Virus record (IMG/VR): IMGVR_UViG_3300045922_000503
Coordinates: 35,250-99,249 of that record
Reading direction: 5' to 3' (one strand)
Length of the DNA stretch: 64,000 nucleotides
Source of the DNA: a virus
Part shown: positions 39,351 through 49,700 of the stretch, piece by piece
Position numbering within the stretch: position 1 is the first letter of the stretch
How the letters are laid out: every line of letters starts with the position of its first letter
Notes under the pieces: generated by a model
The model's database searches: none
The model's input: the letters and a program-made list of their open reading frames with translations, nothing else
Told to the model about the DNA's origin: nothing
Made by a program: the position numbers and the translations under genes

Positions 39351-39923
39351 ATGGCGACCAAGTTCAACCAGCCCGGCTCCACCAACGTCGCATCCGACGT
39401 GTTCATGGTGCTTGAGCACTTCGACCGCAACGACATCTGGCCCTACAAGACCGTGGCCGGAGGGGCGACTCCCGGGAACCCTGCCTACATCCAGGAGGGC
39501 GACCCGGTGGTACCCGATACTACGGATGCCGTGCACCCGCGCTTCCGCCTCCCGACGGTGGACGAACTGACCCCTGGCGATGAGGATGAGATCACGCCCG
39601 GAGCGCTGCTCTACGTCTACGGCCACCCGAAGACGTACGATGCACAGGTGGCCGGCACGCGGTCCATCCTTCGTAAGAATCCGGTGACCTTCCTGACTCG
39701 CAAGTGGGACCGCACCCAGGCTGCGAGCATGGGGTTCAACGCACGGGTTCGCTGGGAGTATGCCTCCACGGACGCACTTTCGAGTGACCTTCGCCTCACG
39801 CTGTCGGGGCCAGGGGAGCGCTACGACGCTGTCGTGCAGAAGCCCCCCACGGCCGACGACTGGCTGGAAATTCGCACCATCCACGGTCGCCTGTTCCCTG
39901 AGCTCGAGGAAGGCGGCGACTAA
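39351..39923 (+). CDS. Putative capsid decoration/cement protein
   Basis: Beta-rich 190 aa directly upstream of the capsid gene; SD GAGGA; optimal codon usage. Confidence 0.55.
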   Translation: MATKFNQPGSTNVASDVFMVLEHFDRNDIWPYKTVAGGATPGNPAYIQEGDPVVPDTTDAVHPRFRLPTVDELTPGDEDEITPGALLYVYGHPKTYDAQVAGTRSILRKNPVTFLTRKWDRTQAASMGFNARVRWEYASTDALSSDLRLTLSGPGERYDAVVQKPPTADDWLEIRTIHGRLFPELEEGGD

Positions 39924-39977
39924 TCCCTCCGATCCCCTCGCCGACTGATCTTCTCTCAACCTCTCGGAGTCCATATC

Positions 39978-41114
39978 ATGACCTCTCCCACTCTGCGCCA
40001 GGTCGTCGACGCCAACCAGCGCTACTACCAGGACCTTGCCAACCCGGTCGCACGCACGACGAAGGTGTCGTCGCTCAACGACCAGGTGTCGGGCTTCCTG
40101 AAGGAAGCGTCGGTGTTCAACACCATCATCCCGCCCAAGCCGATCTCGCCTGAAAACTGCGAGGTCGACGAGACTTACGACACGCTCCGCTACCGCATCC
40201 ACGACGTGCCTCGCACGAGCGTCGGCATGGGGTCTATGGACGCCATGGCAGGTCAGGTGCGCGAGCCGTACCTGGCCCGCATCTTTGGGTCCTTTCTGAT
40301 GCTTCAGACCCCTCGGTACCAGTTCAATGAGTACCGCATGATGGCCTACCGGTTCCCCGTGGCCGAACAGGTAAAGTCGCAGATCGGCATCGACTTCCAG
40401 GAAGCGCGCGACTGGGTCATCCACGGGACGCTGGACGAAATGCTGCAGGCGTACCGCGGCGTCTACAACAACGTCTTCAAGGGTGAGAACGTCACCGCCG
40501 CTGGCAACTCGGGCGACGGTACCCGCGTACCCATCGCCCGTAACGACTTCTCGCGCCTCAAGCAGTACTACGCTAACAAGCGCGCCCGACTGGCTCGCGT
40601 GCTCATCCCCGAACAGAACTTCCTGCAGATCGAGCAGTTCAAGCTCGAAGACAACGGGGACCAGCTGATGGGGGAGGTGACTGTCGAGGGCTACACCAAG
40701 AGCAAGCTTCTGGGTGTAGAGATGATCCGTACCATCAAGACAGATAGCCTTCATGGCGACGTCTTCCGCGCGGACAACATCTACGGCTTCGCGGACGCGG
40801 ACAACCTCGGGCGTCAGTACGACTTCCAGGGCATCCGCCACGACGTCGAGGTCGAGGCCCAGTTCCTCCGCATGTCGGCCCGGATGGTGTTCTCCTACCT
40901 CTGGTTCTCGCCCGCGTACGTCTCGAAGATCGAGCTCTACCAGGCGGGACTCGACGTGGATGGAGAAACTGTCCTCTCCGGTACGGTCTCTCAGAAGGGC
41001 AACACGTACGGGGTATCCGACCGGCTCTTCTCCGACTCGGAGTCGTTCATGGAGCGCGATTTCCTGAACATCCGGGAAGGACACAACCGCCCCCGGATCG
41101 TGATCGGCGCGTAA
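39978..41114 (+). CDS. Major capsid protein (HK97 fold)
   Basis: 378 aa, strongly biased codons, position after protease/scaffold/decoration; FLKEASVFNTIIP..E-loop..spine helix QIGIDFQEARD pattern; KVSS at about residue 30. Confidence 0.75.
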   Translation: MTSPTLRQVVDANQRYYQDLANPVARTTKVSSLNDQVSGFLKEASVFNTIIPPKPISPENCEVDETYDTLRYRIHDVPRTSVGMGSMDAMAGQVREPYLARIFGSFLMLQTPRYQFNEYRMMAYRFPVAEQVKSQIGIDFQEARDWVIHGTLDEMLQAYRGVYNNVFKGENVTAAGNSGDGTRVPIARNDFSRLKQYYANKRARLARVLIPEQNFLQIEQFKLEDNGDQLMGEVTVEGYTKSKLLGVEMIRTIKTDSLHGDVFRADNIYGFADADNLGRQYDFQGIRHDVEVEAQFLRMSARMVFSYLWFSPAYVSKIELYQAGLDVDGETVLSGTVSQKGNTYGVSDRLFSDSESFMERDFLNIREGHNRPRIVIGA

Positions 41115-41136
41115 TCCTGCTGCTCTGGAGGGCTGC

Positions 41137-41853
41137 ATGGCTCGCTACCTTGTCAACATCACGCGCCAAGCACTTCGTCGGTCCGCCCCCAACGGCGGCA
41201 AGGTAGTGGTTCCTGGCGCGTTCATGCATAGCCCCTACCCTCTTCGCCGCCGCGCCGGCGGAGAGGGGGGAGCCGTGGTGTCCGTGCGGGGCACGCATTG
41301 CGTCAGTTTTGAGCACTTGCGACGCGACGGAGTCCTGCCTTACGTCGAGGGGTTGCTGCACAGCCATGATGAGTATGACGTCCTCTGCCTGACTCCAGGC
41401 GTCCTGGCACTCGATCTACCGAGTGCCCCCGGCGCCACGACAGCCGTGCTGGTGGACTTGAATCCTGCTCGCCATGATCTTCCTGAGCCCGACGCTACAC
41501 AGCTCGGGGAAGACGCGGGGCTCGCGGCCCAGGAACCCATTCCACCCACCGAAATGGAGATGTCCGCGGACGCGGTGGGGGAGTCTGCAGACGAGCGTGA
41601 ACAGCCTCTGGAAGTAGTACCTCCTGGCCCTCCTGCGATCGAGGAGCACTCGACTTCCTCTGATGCTCTACCCGAAGATACGAGCGTGGCCGAGGAGGTT
41701 GCTGCCTCTTCTACCCACTACCCGTGGAATCGGGAGGAGCTGGAAGCGATGTCCCTGGCGGACCTCCGCGGCCTTGCCGCCGACGCAGGGCTGACCCTTC
41801 GATCCCGGCTGAAGGAAGACTTCGTTGTTGCTCTGCTTCAGCAGGCAGAGTGA
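41137..41853 (+). CDS. Protein with C-terminal Rho-N/HeH-like helical domain
   Basis: WNREELEAMSLADLRGLAADAGL..SRLKEDFVVALL after an acidic linker; a common gene type downstream of capsid genes. Confidence 0.6.
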   Translation: MARYLVNITRQALRRSAPNGGKVVVPGAFMHSPYPLRRRAGGEGGAVVSVRGTHCVSFEHLRRDGVLPYVEGLLHSHDEYDVLCLTPGVLALDLPSAPGATTAVLVDLNPARHDLPEPDATQLGEDAGLAAQEPIPPTEMEMSADAVGESADEREQPLEVVPPGPPAIEEHSTSSDALPEDTSVAEEVAASSTHYPWNREELEAMSLADLRGLAADAGLTLRSRLKEDFVVALLQQAE

Positions 41854-41854
41854 C

Positions 41855-42361
41855 ATGCGCCGACCGCGCCTACAGACAGACGTGGACGCGGAGCGCCGTG
41901 CGCGGCTCATCTTCGTCAACCGGGTGAGGGAGTACATGCGTGACCACGCAGAGCTCAACACCCTTATCGAGGGCGAAGAGAACAGTGACCGGCTGATCGA
42001 GATCGCTACGGAGACCGTTCTTGAGGACTTCTCCGCGACCCCGCCCATTATCGGCCAGTTCGGGGTTCGCAACTTTCCCGACTACTCTCTCCTGCAGGAG
42101 GGAGTAGTGGCACACCTGATGATGAGCGCTGCTATCCTGTTCACGCGTAACGACCTCGACTTTGCTGCCGGGTCAATGCAGGTGTCCATGCGGCATCCTC
42201 AGACGTACCTTCAGCTTGCGCAGATGCACAGGCAAGGGTATGAGATGAAGAAGAGGTCTACCAAGGTGGCCCTCAACATGGATCAGGCTGCACGCTCCGT
42301 GCAGCACATCAACAGCGAGTTCGCCCGGGCACACGGCTCGGGTCATATCCCCGGCCACTGA
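41855..42361 (+). CDS. Putative head-tail adaptor (neck) protein
   Basis: Helical 168 aa (VREYMRD..SD..IEIA) after the capsid gene. Confidence 0.55.
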   Translation: MRRPRLQTDVDAERRARLIFVNRVREYMRDHAELNTLIEGEENSDRLIEIATETVLEDFSATPPIIGQFGVRNFPDYSLLQEGVVAHLMMSAAILFTRNDLDFAAGSMQVSMRHPQTYLQLAQMHRQGYEMKKRSTKVALNMDQAARSVQHINSEFARAHGSGHIPGH

Positions 42362-42378
42362 CCCCCCACGAGGAAGCG

Positions 42379-43053
42379 ATGAACGGTTTCATCCCCACCA
42401 ATCAGGTCCAGCATATCGCCGCTCATGCCCAGCCGTCTCAGGAGCAAATCATGGCGGCTGTCCAGCAGATTGCCCGCGAGGAGATTCTCCGCGTCAAGCA
42501 GTCTGAGGCTGCAGTGGTGGAGCGAGTGCAGCACGCGGAGTCCATTCGGCAGGAAGCCGTACATTACGGCATGTCGAAGATCTCCGCTATCGTCGAGGTC
42601 GCCAAGGCCGAGACGCTTCTGGCCAACAACATCAACCCGGGCGACCACTACCTGCAGAACCGGGACCAGTACCTTGCTCTGGCAAAGATGAGCGAAGAGG
42701 AACTGGCGGACGAAATGGCGGACGGCGCGCTGGCAGAGGCCGCCATGGAGTCCGACATGCTTCAGGCTGCGATTGAAGACCCGGAGCTGGCCGCGGAGAT
42801 CATCTCCGAGGAGACCGGCACCCCGGTCTCCGCTGAGGAGGTCGAGAGTGCCGTCAAGGCACTGGCCACTGCAGCCGTCTCGGAGGAGATGGGAGAGCCC
42901 GCAGACCTCGACGTCAAGGTGTCGTCGAGCATCGGCTTCTACCATCAGCAGGGGTGGGTGAAGTCTGCCGCAGTGCTGGCTGGGGCTGCAGACCTGCGGG
43001 CGGCGCTGGCCATCCAGCACATCGTCGAGCAGCAGATGGGCCGACGCTATTGA
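42379..43053 (+). CDS. Acidic K-x-S head protein
   Basis: KQSE, KISA, KMSE, KVSS, KSAA; SD GAGGA. Confidence 0.6.
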   Translation: MNGFIPTNQVQHIAAHAQPSQEQIMAAVQQIAREEILRVKQSEAAVVERVQHAESIRQEAVHYGMSKISAIVEVAKAETLLANNINPGDHYLQNRDQYLALAKMSEEELADEMADGALAEAAMESDMLQAAIEDPELAAEIISEETGTPVSAEEVESAVKALATAAVSEEMGEPADLDVKVSSSIGFYHQQGWVKSAAVLAGAADLRAALAIQHIVEQQMGRRY

Positions 43054-43125
43054 TCAGGCTGCGCCGCCGGGCGCTGCTCAGCCTGGCGGCAGACCTCTCC
43101 ACCTCTGCCGCCACAGGTTGCCCCC

Positions 43126-44679
43126 ATGAACATCTGGCTTGCCCAACAGTTTGGGACTCTCAACACGCTGCTCGACTTTGAGACAGTGGAGCCAGCGATC
43201 CCTGCACAGGCGAGGAAGCTCTCCTCCGCCCCTCCGGCGAGCTCCAGAGTTATCCAGACTGCCACACGTGTCGGGGAGTCGATGGCGCGTGAGTTCATCA
43301 AGCGGTCCATGGCCCCTCACCGTGCTGGAGTATCGACCCGTGCACGTGTCAGTCACGGGCCCAGCAAGGAGTCTGCTGCTGACGACTCCGAAGATCGCCG
43401 GGAAGGTGACAGGTGGGGACCTGAAAAGTTTCTGTCGCGCATGTCTCCCAGAGCAGTGCTGGAAGGAGAAGTGACGGCGCACGCGCTTCGCGACCTGCCA
43501 TTTGGCGACCGCGTGGCCATGTTGGCTGACAGCAGGGAAAGGCAAGCTGACCCGCTCTACCAGAACACGCAGAGAGCCAAGGCGCTGGGGATAGCAGCAG
43601 GAGCAGGCGGTCTTGGGTACTTCATGGGGCCGTCAGCACTCCACTTTGCGGTGAGCAAGTCAGGGTGGGACCCCGAGGCAGTAAATCGCCTAGCAACACC
43701 GCTCCTGGTGAACCGAGTCAACCAAGTGTACGACGCCGTTCTGACGGGGGAGGCACTGAAGAACGTGAAGGGGGTGGACATTGCAACTTCTGACTCAGCT
43801 CGCAGGGTAGCAGATGCGATCGTATCCGGGATACAAGCGGACAAGCGACTCGTTTTCCCAGAAGGCGTCAGCCCCCATGTGACAGGGGGGCTGTACCTTC
43901 GATCCAATCTTCCTAAGGCGCGCAACGCGGTAACAGCGGCTGCCAGTATGGGGCTGCTGGACGCTGGGCTTAGCCCGCAAGACGCAGCGCGAGTCCTTTT
44001 AGACCCCAACGAAAAGGGGTACCGTCCCGGGGCGTTTCTGGATACGCCGAAAGGTGTCAGGGCGCTGTTCCAGCGAGCTACCCCCAAGCTAACTCCCGGC
44101 GGTCCGGAAGCAAAAAGCCTGCTCGCTCACGCTACCGCGGCCAGGGAAGCCCAGCACGCTGCCGCTGTCATAGCCGACCAGGCTCGAATCCCCCGTACCG
44201 TAGAGGGGGCGATCCTTCGAGCTGGGCGGTGGTACGGCAAGTTGGACATCCCCGGAACGATCAGCGCTCCTCTCGGGTTTGGGGCATCAGCAGCGGATGC
44301 GACAACCGGCTTGGCGGGGGTCCTGAAGAAGCGAGGCATCACCAATCGGCTGCTGTTCGGTCTTGCAGGTGCCTCGGCAGCCGGGGCGTACTCTCTCCCG
44401 AGACTCCGTGCCATGGCGGACCGAGCCGGCCGGCCCCGGGACATGGAGTCCCTGGCAGATGAGCTCAGGGGGGATGACCAGAGGGCAGAAGCTATTGAGT
44501 ACGCCGCCGCGGTAGAGAGTAGGATGGCGGCAGAGAGGAACAGGGCTGCCGGCAAGTTGACGGTGTCCCCCTCTGATTTCGCCAGCGCGGTCAAAAGCAA
44601 GTCCCCTCTGTTCTACCAGGGAGTCGTCCCGACGCCTGGGGCCATCGATGCCGCCGGCATCCTTCCTTCGGGGGATTGA
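43126..44679 (+). CDS. K-x-S protein with glycine-rich membrane-like helices
   Basis: KLSS, KRSM, KESA near the N-terminus; ALGIAAGAGGLGYF and LLFGLAGASAAGAY. Confidence 0.6.
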   Translation: MNIWLAQQFGTLNTLLDFETVEPAIPAQARKLSSAPPASSRVIQTATRVGESMAREFIKRSMAPHRAGVSTRARVSHGPSKESAADDSEDRREGDRWGPEKFLSRMSPRAVLEGEVTAHALRDLPFGDRVAMLADSRERQADPLYQNTQRAKALGIAAGAGGLGYFMGPSALHFAVSKSGWDPEAVNRLATPLLVNRVNQVYDAVLTGEALKNVKGVDIATSDSARRVADAIVSGIQADKRLVFPEGVSPHVTGGLYLRSNLPKARNAVTAAASMGLLDAGLSPQDAARVLLDPNEKGYRPGAFLDTPKGVRALFQRATPKLTPGGPEAKSLLAHATAAREAQHAAAVIADQARIPRTVEGAILRAGRWYGKLDIPGTISAPLGFGASAADATTGLAGVLKKRGITNRLLFGLAGASAAGAYSLPRLRAMADRAGRPRDMESLADELRGDDQRAEAIEYAAAVESRMAAERNRAAGKLTVSPSDFASAVKSKSPLFYQGVVPTPGAIDAAGILPSGD

Positions 44680-45806
44680 CCGTGCGGGACTCCATCTTCC
44701 TCAGCGCAGATGCACGGCAGCGCCCTGTCGACCTCGAGAGGAGTGGAGCGTCATCTCCCTTCGGACGATGGCGGCTCAACGTCGTCATCGAGGCCGGGTC
44801 TACCGCAGTGCTCCGCTGGCGGCCTCTGTCTTCCCCCCCGCACGTCTTCTCTGTAGAGGAGGAGGACGAAGGATCGTCGACGGAACGCAAGTGGATGGTG
44901 GAGTCGGCAGGGAGCCCTGGGGGGCCGTTCTTTCTGCTTTCGGACACGGTGCACGTCTCTTCCAGGCAGTACGTCGATGGATCCATTCGGCGCGACAAGC
45001 TGGACGACCTTCGTCGGTACTACCGAGTCACGCTACTGGAGCGTGCTGACGGGGAGTCAGAGTGGGCGCCCTCCCTGCAGATTGGTTACCACCCGGAATG
45101 GTGGGCTGGAACTGCGGCGGACGGAGGCGTCTTCGGAGTGGGGTGGGGCGCGGGCGACAAGCTGCAAGAAGAGGCTCCACCGATTGTAGTTACCGCTCGG
45201 TCCCGGATCAGCACGATGCTCCGCACGCGGTCAGCAGAGGCCTGCTACCTCTACCGCCCGGAGTCGGAGCACGAGTTCTCGTCAGAACACGTAGACCCCC
45301 TCACTGGTACAGTGATGGGGGATGATTTCACGTCAGCGCAGAGCACGTTCGGCTCGCCAACGTACAGCCCTCAAGGGTACTACGCTCCCATGGCCACCTT
45401 CATCTCCATGTCTCCTGTACAAGGAAAGGGGATGGGGGTGACTGCCCCAGGGGTAATGCCCCATTGGCCTCCGCCCCAGATCGGGGACCGGCTGAGGATG
45501 GTCTCAGATGCCAGCGTCATGGAGGTGGTGGCATCCACTCCTAATCACGCCTACGGGTTTGTGACCCACTGGACGGTCGTCCTGATGCACCTGGAGACGT
45601 CCGACCCCATCACCAACATTCCCATGCCCATCGACCACCCTTTTACCAGTGGGCACGCGCGTCGGCAGATGGCCAGGGCCGCCAATCTGGAGTCCTTCTA
45701 CCAGAGCCAGGAGCATGGTAGGATGAGTCGAGCCACCCCCGACCTGCCTCCGTGGCAGGGAGGGCCCGGCCCCGCCAGCGCGGGCGGGAGAGGGTGGGAC
45801 GAGTGA
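44676..45806 (+). CDS. Putative neck/head-closure protein
   Basis: Position before terminator and sheath genes; beta-rich C-terminal domain (PQIGDRLR). Confidence 0.5.
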   Translation: MTVRDSIFLSADARQRPVDLERSGASSPFGRWRLNVVIEAGSTAVLRWRPLSSPPHVFSVEEEDEGSSTERKWMVESAGSPGGPFFLLSDTVHVSSRQYVDGSIRRDKLDDLRRYYRVTLLERADGESEWAPSLQIGYHPEWWAGTAADGGVFGVGWGAGDKLQEEAPPIVVTARSRISTMLRTRSAEACYLYRPESEHEFSSEHVDPLTGTVMGDDFTSAQSTFGSPTYSPQGYYAPMATFISMSPVQGKGMGVTAPGVMPHWPPPQIGDRLRMVSDASVMEVVASTPNHAYGFVTHWTVVLMHLETSDPITNIPMPIDHPFTSGHARRQMARAANLESFYQSQEHGRMSRATPDLPPWQGGPGPASAGGRGWDE

Positions 45807-45820
45807 CCACCTGAGGAGCG

Positions 45821-46795
45821 ATGCCCAACGAGCCCGTGAAGAAGACGCACCTGCGGGCCGACGACGATCTTCGGTTGAGAGAGGACCTGGTTCGGTACGC
45901 GCGGCTCCTAGAAGAGCGCAGCCGCGCTCGGGCTGGCCAGGCGACTTGGAGCGACGGGGCACTCTCCATCATCGAGCACGAGTACGAGACGCAGCCCTAT
46001 GCAGGGTCGGCAGCGCTCGACACCATGGTCTACATCGTCCGGGGACTTCGAGAGATATTCGGACAGGATCCCGTGTTCACCTGGGTGGGGGAAGCTAACG
46101 GCATGGCAAACCCACAGGCCACCCGTATCAACATCTACAACGCGCTGGCGCCAATCAACGCGCCTCGAAACCCGCAAGCCCCCGACGTCATCATCCGCTG
46201 CTCGACGGCCGGGTTTCCCCCATCCATGCTCGGCAACCTGGCCGGCTTCAACATGGTTGACGGGACGAAGACGCACGCCGGTATCATCCCCATCGGGTGC
46301 CAGATCGAGGTGTCTGCCTCGTCTCCAGCCACGACCTCCCGGCTTGCCGAGCATGTTGCCACCATCTTCCGGGCCGGGTGGCGACAGTGGACCAAGTTCA
46401 GGATCTTCGACATCCGTGACATTCAGCTCCAGGACATGGGGACCAGGAACAACACTCCTCAGGCGCAGAACGCTCAGTCAGACCTTCGGACCACCTGCAT
46501 GGTCGGGCTCACCATGCTCCGCGCGTGGGTCACTACTGACCGCCCTAACCCTGCCTACCATGAGAAGGCCCGCGCCTTGGCGATGACGGACAACCAGGCC
46601 CCCATCGACGGGCAGCCCCCGACGGGCCGAAGGGCTACAGACTCCTCGTTCCGCGCCCAGGACGTGGAGATGGGACTGGCGAGCGGCGCACGGCCTGCTA
46701 TGCTCAGTGTGACCGAGTTCATGGTCGGCGGCGAAGACCCACCGGCCATCCACGTCACCCGACCAGAAGCCCCCGTCGAGGAACATGACGACTGA
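45821..46795 (+). CDS. Putative tail terminator/completion protein
   Basis: Directly upstream of the sheath; alternating alpha/beta pattern; SD GAGGAG. Confidence 0.5.
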   Translation: MPNEPVKKTHLRADDDLRLREDLVRYARLLEERSRARAGQATWSDGALSIIEHEYETQPYAGSAALDTMVYIVRGLREIFGQDPVFTWVGEANGMANPQATRINIYNALAPINAPRNPQAPDVIIRCSTAGFPPSMLGNLAGFNMVDGTKTHAGIIPIGCQIEVSASSPATTSRLAEHVATIFRAGWRQWTKFRIFDIRDIQLQDMGTRNNTPQAQNAQSDLRTTCMVGLTMLRAWVTTDRPNPAYHEKARALAMTDNQAPIDGQPPTGRRATDSSFRAQDVEMGLASGARPAMLSVTEFMVGGEDPPAIHVTRPEAPVEEHDD

Positions 46796-49700
46796 TACCT
46801 TCCGCCGCATCGAGCCGCCCGGCATCGCGGAGTTCTACACGGTCACCATTCAGCCTGCGAATGTGCCCGAAGAAGAGCTCCCCATCGCGCTGATCATGCC
46901 GCACTACGACGTGCAGGACGCCTTCGGGCCCGACGGCGCCGCGCTCGAGAGCGCCGAGGTTGGGGCGTACACCACCAGCCAGGTGGACTGGCTGTACGAG
47001 CGGGTCTTGGACGAGAAGCTCTCCTTCCCTCTGGAGGCGGTAGACGCTGCCCGTCTCGTGAACCCCGACGAAGTGCGCGTGTTCGGCACCTTCGGGACCG
47101 GGCGCTCGTTCTCTCTGGCCAGTGCGGATGAGCCGCGCGTGCTGCGCAGGGGAACGGCAGCTATCGAGCGCTCGCCGGGCCAGCCGTTCATGCTGCTCCA
47201 AGACAACGGCGCCAACTTTCGGAAGCTTTTGGAGCGTCAGCAGGTCCCCAACGAGCCCCCCGACTTCCGCCGGCCTCTGCTGGCCGTCCGACTGGTCAAC
47301 GAAGGGGGGGACGTGCTCCTTCCGGTCGACGTCCAGGCCACGCTCAGCCTCGGGACGGACAGGACAATCGTCGTCTACGGGGACATGACCTTCGGTCGGA
47401 TGTTCTCCGGGCAGCAAGACACCCGCCGAGCCACCAACATCGACTATGAGCTCGTCCTTCGACCTCGGACGGTGGATGTTTCCAACGCGCGCCAGCGAGC
47501 TGCTGCTGCCCTGGCATGCGCGGAGTACACTGGGGGCATTGAGATCCCTCTGACGCGTCCTCAAGTCATTGAGGAGCCGGACCTGTTCCGGTTCTTTGTT
47601 GTGGGCGTCGGCAACATCTCCCTTCAGTTCTCGAACACGACCGGCCCTCTCGATGTAAGCGTGACCAATAGTGGTAGAACCATCACGATCGACTTGGGAG
47701 ATGAGGGACCCGTGCAGGTTTCCGCCCTGAACGCTGCTATCGTGGCCGCCTACGCAGGCAGCGTGCCGGCGGGGTACTTCGATGAAGCGTACACCTCGAC
47801 TCTTGATGCCACTAATGTCTCCGGTACGTTCAACACCTTCAGCATGGCGGTCACCGTAACCGCTCGCGTTGTGAACACGGACCCGCTCTTCAGTGGGCAG
47901 GTGCGCGTGACGCCCCCCGGCAACACGCTCGTGCCCGCAGTTGTGACCAGTGGCAGTTCCGGAGGCATTTTCGGCTTGGGGTTGCCCGGCCGAAACGGCC
48001 TCATCCTCCCAGGGCTGACTGCCGCAGATCTCGCTGCGTCGCTAACGGATGCCAGTAATTACGGCCAGGCTCGTCCGCAGGTTGGCATGCAGTCGGACCC
48101 TTACCGTTTGCAGCTACCTGTCGAAGTACAGTCGGACCCTAGTGCCTGGATGTTGCTGACCCCCGCAGAAACTAACCCGGCGACGTTCCTGACGGAGTAC
48201 GACCCGGCTGTACTGCCGCCGGCACGGATTATCGCACTGGCCGAAATCCGGTACCGGACGCCTGGCCCAGTAGGGAACCAGTTTTCGATCCGCATCGAGA
48301 GCTCGATGCAGGACGGCATTCGCATCGAAGACGACGGAAGTCTCGTCATTGAAGACAATGGGGGGTCGCTACGCGATCTGGCGCAGCGCCTCGAAGGGAC
48401 GGCGTATGAGCTGACCAACGTGCGTGCCCTGCGACCTATCGGCTCGGGGGACAACTTCGAGGTCATGGTTCCCATGGAAGACCCGGACGACTGGCCAGGC
48501 GCCGAGATCGCGCATTTCCCGTTTCAGGAGGAGGGCACTCGAGTCCGGTCGGGTGGCTCCGTAGGTCAGTATCGGGAGATCCCCAACTTCTCTGCTCGGG
48601 AAGTTCAGCTGCAGGGAGGGTCTAACCGCGCACGTCTGCTGCTCAGTCGGGATGAGCTGGTTTCTCCTGCTAACGGCATCAACATCCGGCTGCTTGCTGA
48701 CTACCGTGCACTGAGGATCGATACGTCCGCAGCGACTACCGTGACTGCCTTCGGGCGCGCCCCCGACTTCATCCCGGTCAACCGGAGCAACTACCAGGCC
48801 ATCGCTGGGAGGCCGTCTCTGCGGAACCCTATGGCGTTCGAGCTGGAGCAGTTCTTCCGCGTTGCCCCCGCGGCAACGATCAACATCCTGTCCGTATCCG
48901 AGGTTTCCTCGGCGTTTCCCTACGGAACCCCGGCGGCAATCTCGGAGGCTCTCAGCTTGCTGGAGCGCCGGCGGCCCTACTTCTTGGGCATGGCGGCTCA
49001 CGGGCAGGACATTCAGAACGCCGTCTACGATTGGCTGATCAGCTTGGGAGGGGACGTGCCGTCCCGACTGCGCAAAATGGTCAACGTGTTCCTGCCCGTC
49101 AAGAACCCGACCGACGAGCCAGTGATCCAGCTCACAGATGGCGTGGCAGCCAGCGTCGATCTAAGCGAGTTCGACGACCTGCCGTCCACTCTGGTTGTCT
49201 CGAATGTCGACATCGCGGATGACGTTCGACTGTCGGCGGTTCTGGAGGCCGGCCGGTTGGTGTTGGTGGCTACGCAGTTCCCCACGGCCTCTGACGCTCC
49301 AGTTGCCCTTTCGGACGGAAGACGGGGGTGGCCGGTGCTCGGCACTGGCCTTCTGGGCAACCCGTTTGCATTCATGGTGGGAGGGGCGTCTGCCTCCTTC
49401 TACCTCTCCAGCTTCGGTGACTTCACGCTGGTGGACCGCGGGGAGTCGCTGGTAACTCCTACAGGTGGGTACCGGTCGGCTGAGGGTGCGCGGGCACTGG
49501 CGATGCGGGAGCAGCAGACTCCGCATAAGTTCCTCAGCAAGATTCTGGGGGATACCGTTACGGTCACGTCGGCCGGCCGTACCGTGACTGTGCCACACGA
49601 ACTCGTCGTAATCGCGCAGGTGCTGGCCATGCTGGCGGTCATGCCTGGTGACCGGACCCGCAGTCTGACAGACAACGTGTTCCCTGGGATCAACCGGTAC

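Noticed and set aside
39978-41114. Encapsulin nanocompartment locus
   Set aside because: Terminase, protease, neck and contractile tail genes indicate a true phage capsid.
39099-41138. 679-aa minus-strand ORF and similar long antisense ORFs (e.g. 6805-7974, 37612-38682)
   Set aside because: Shadow ORFs from high-GC codon bias opposite clear genes; no recognisable motifs.
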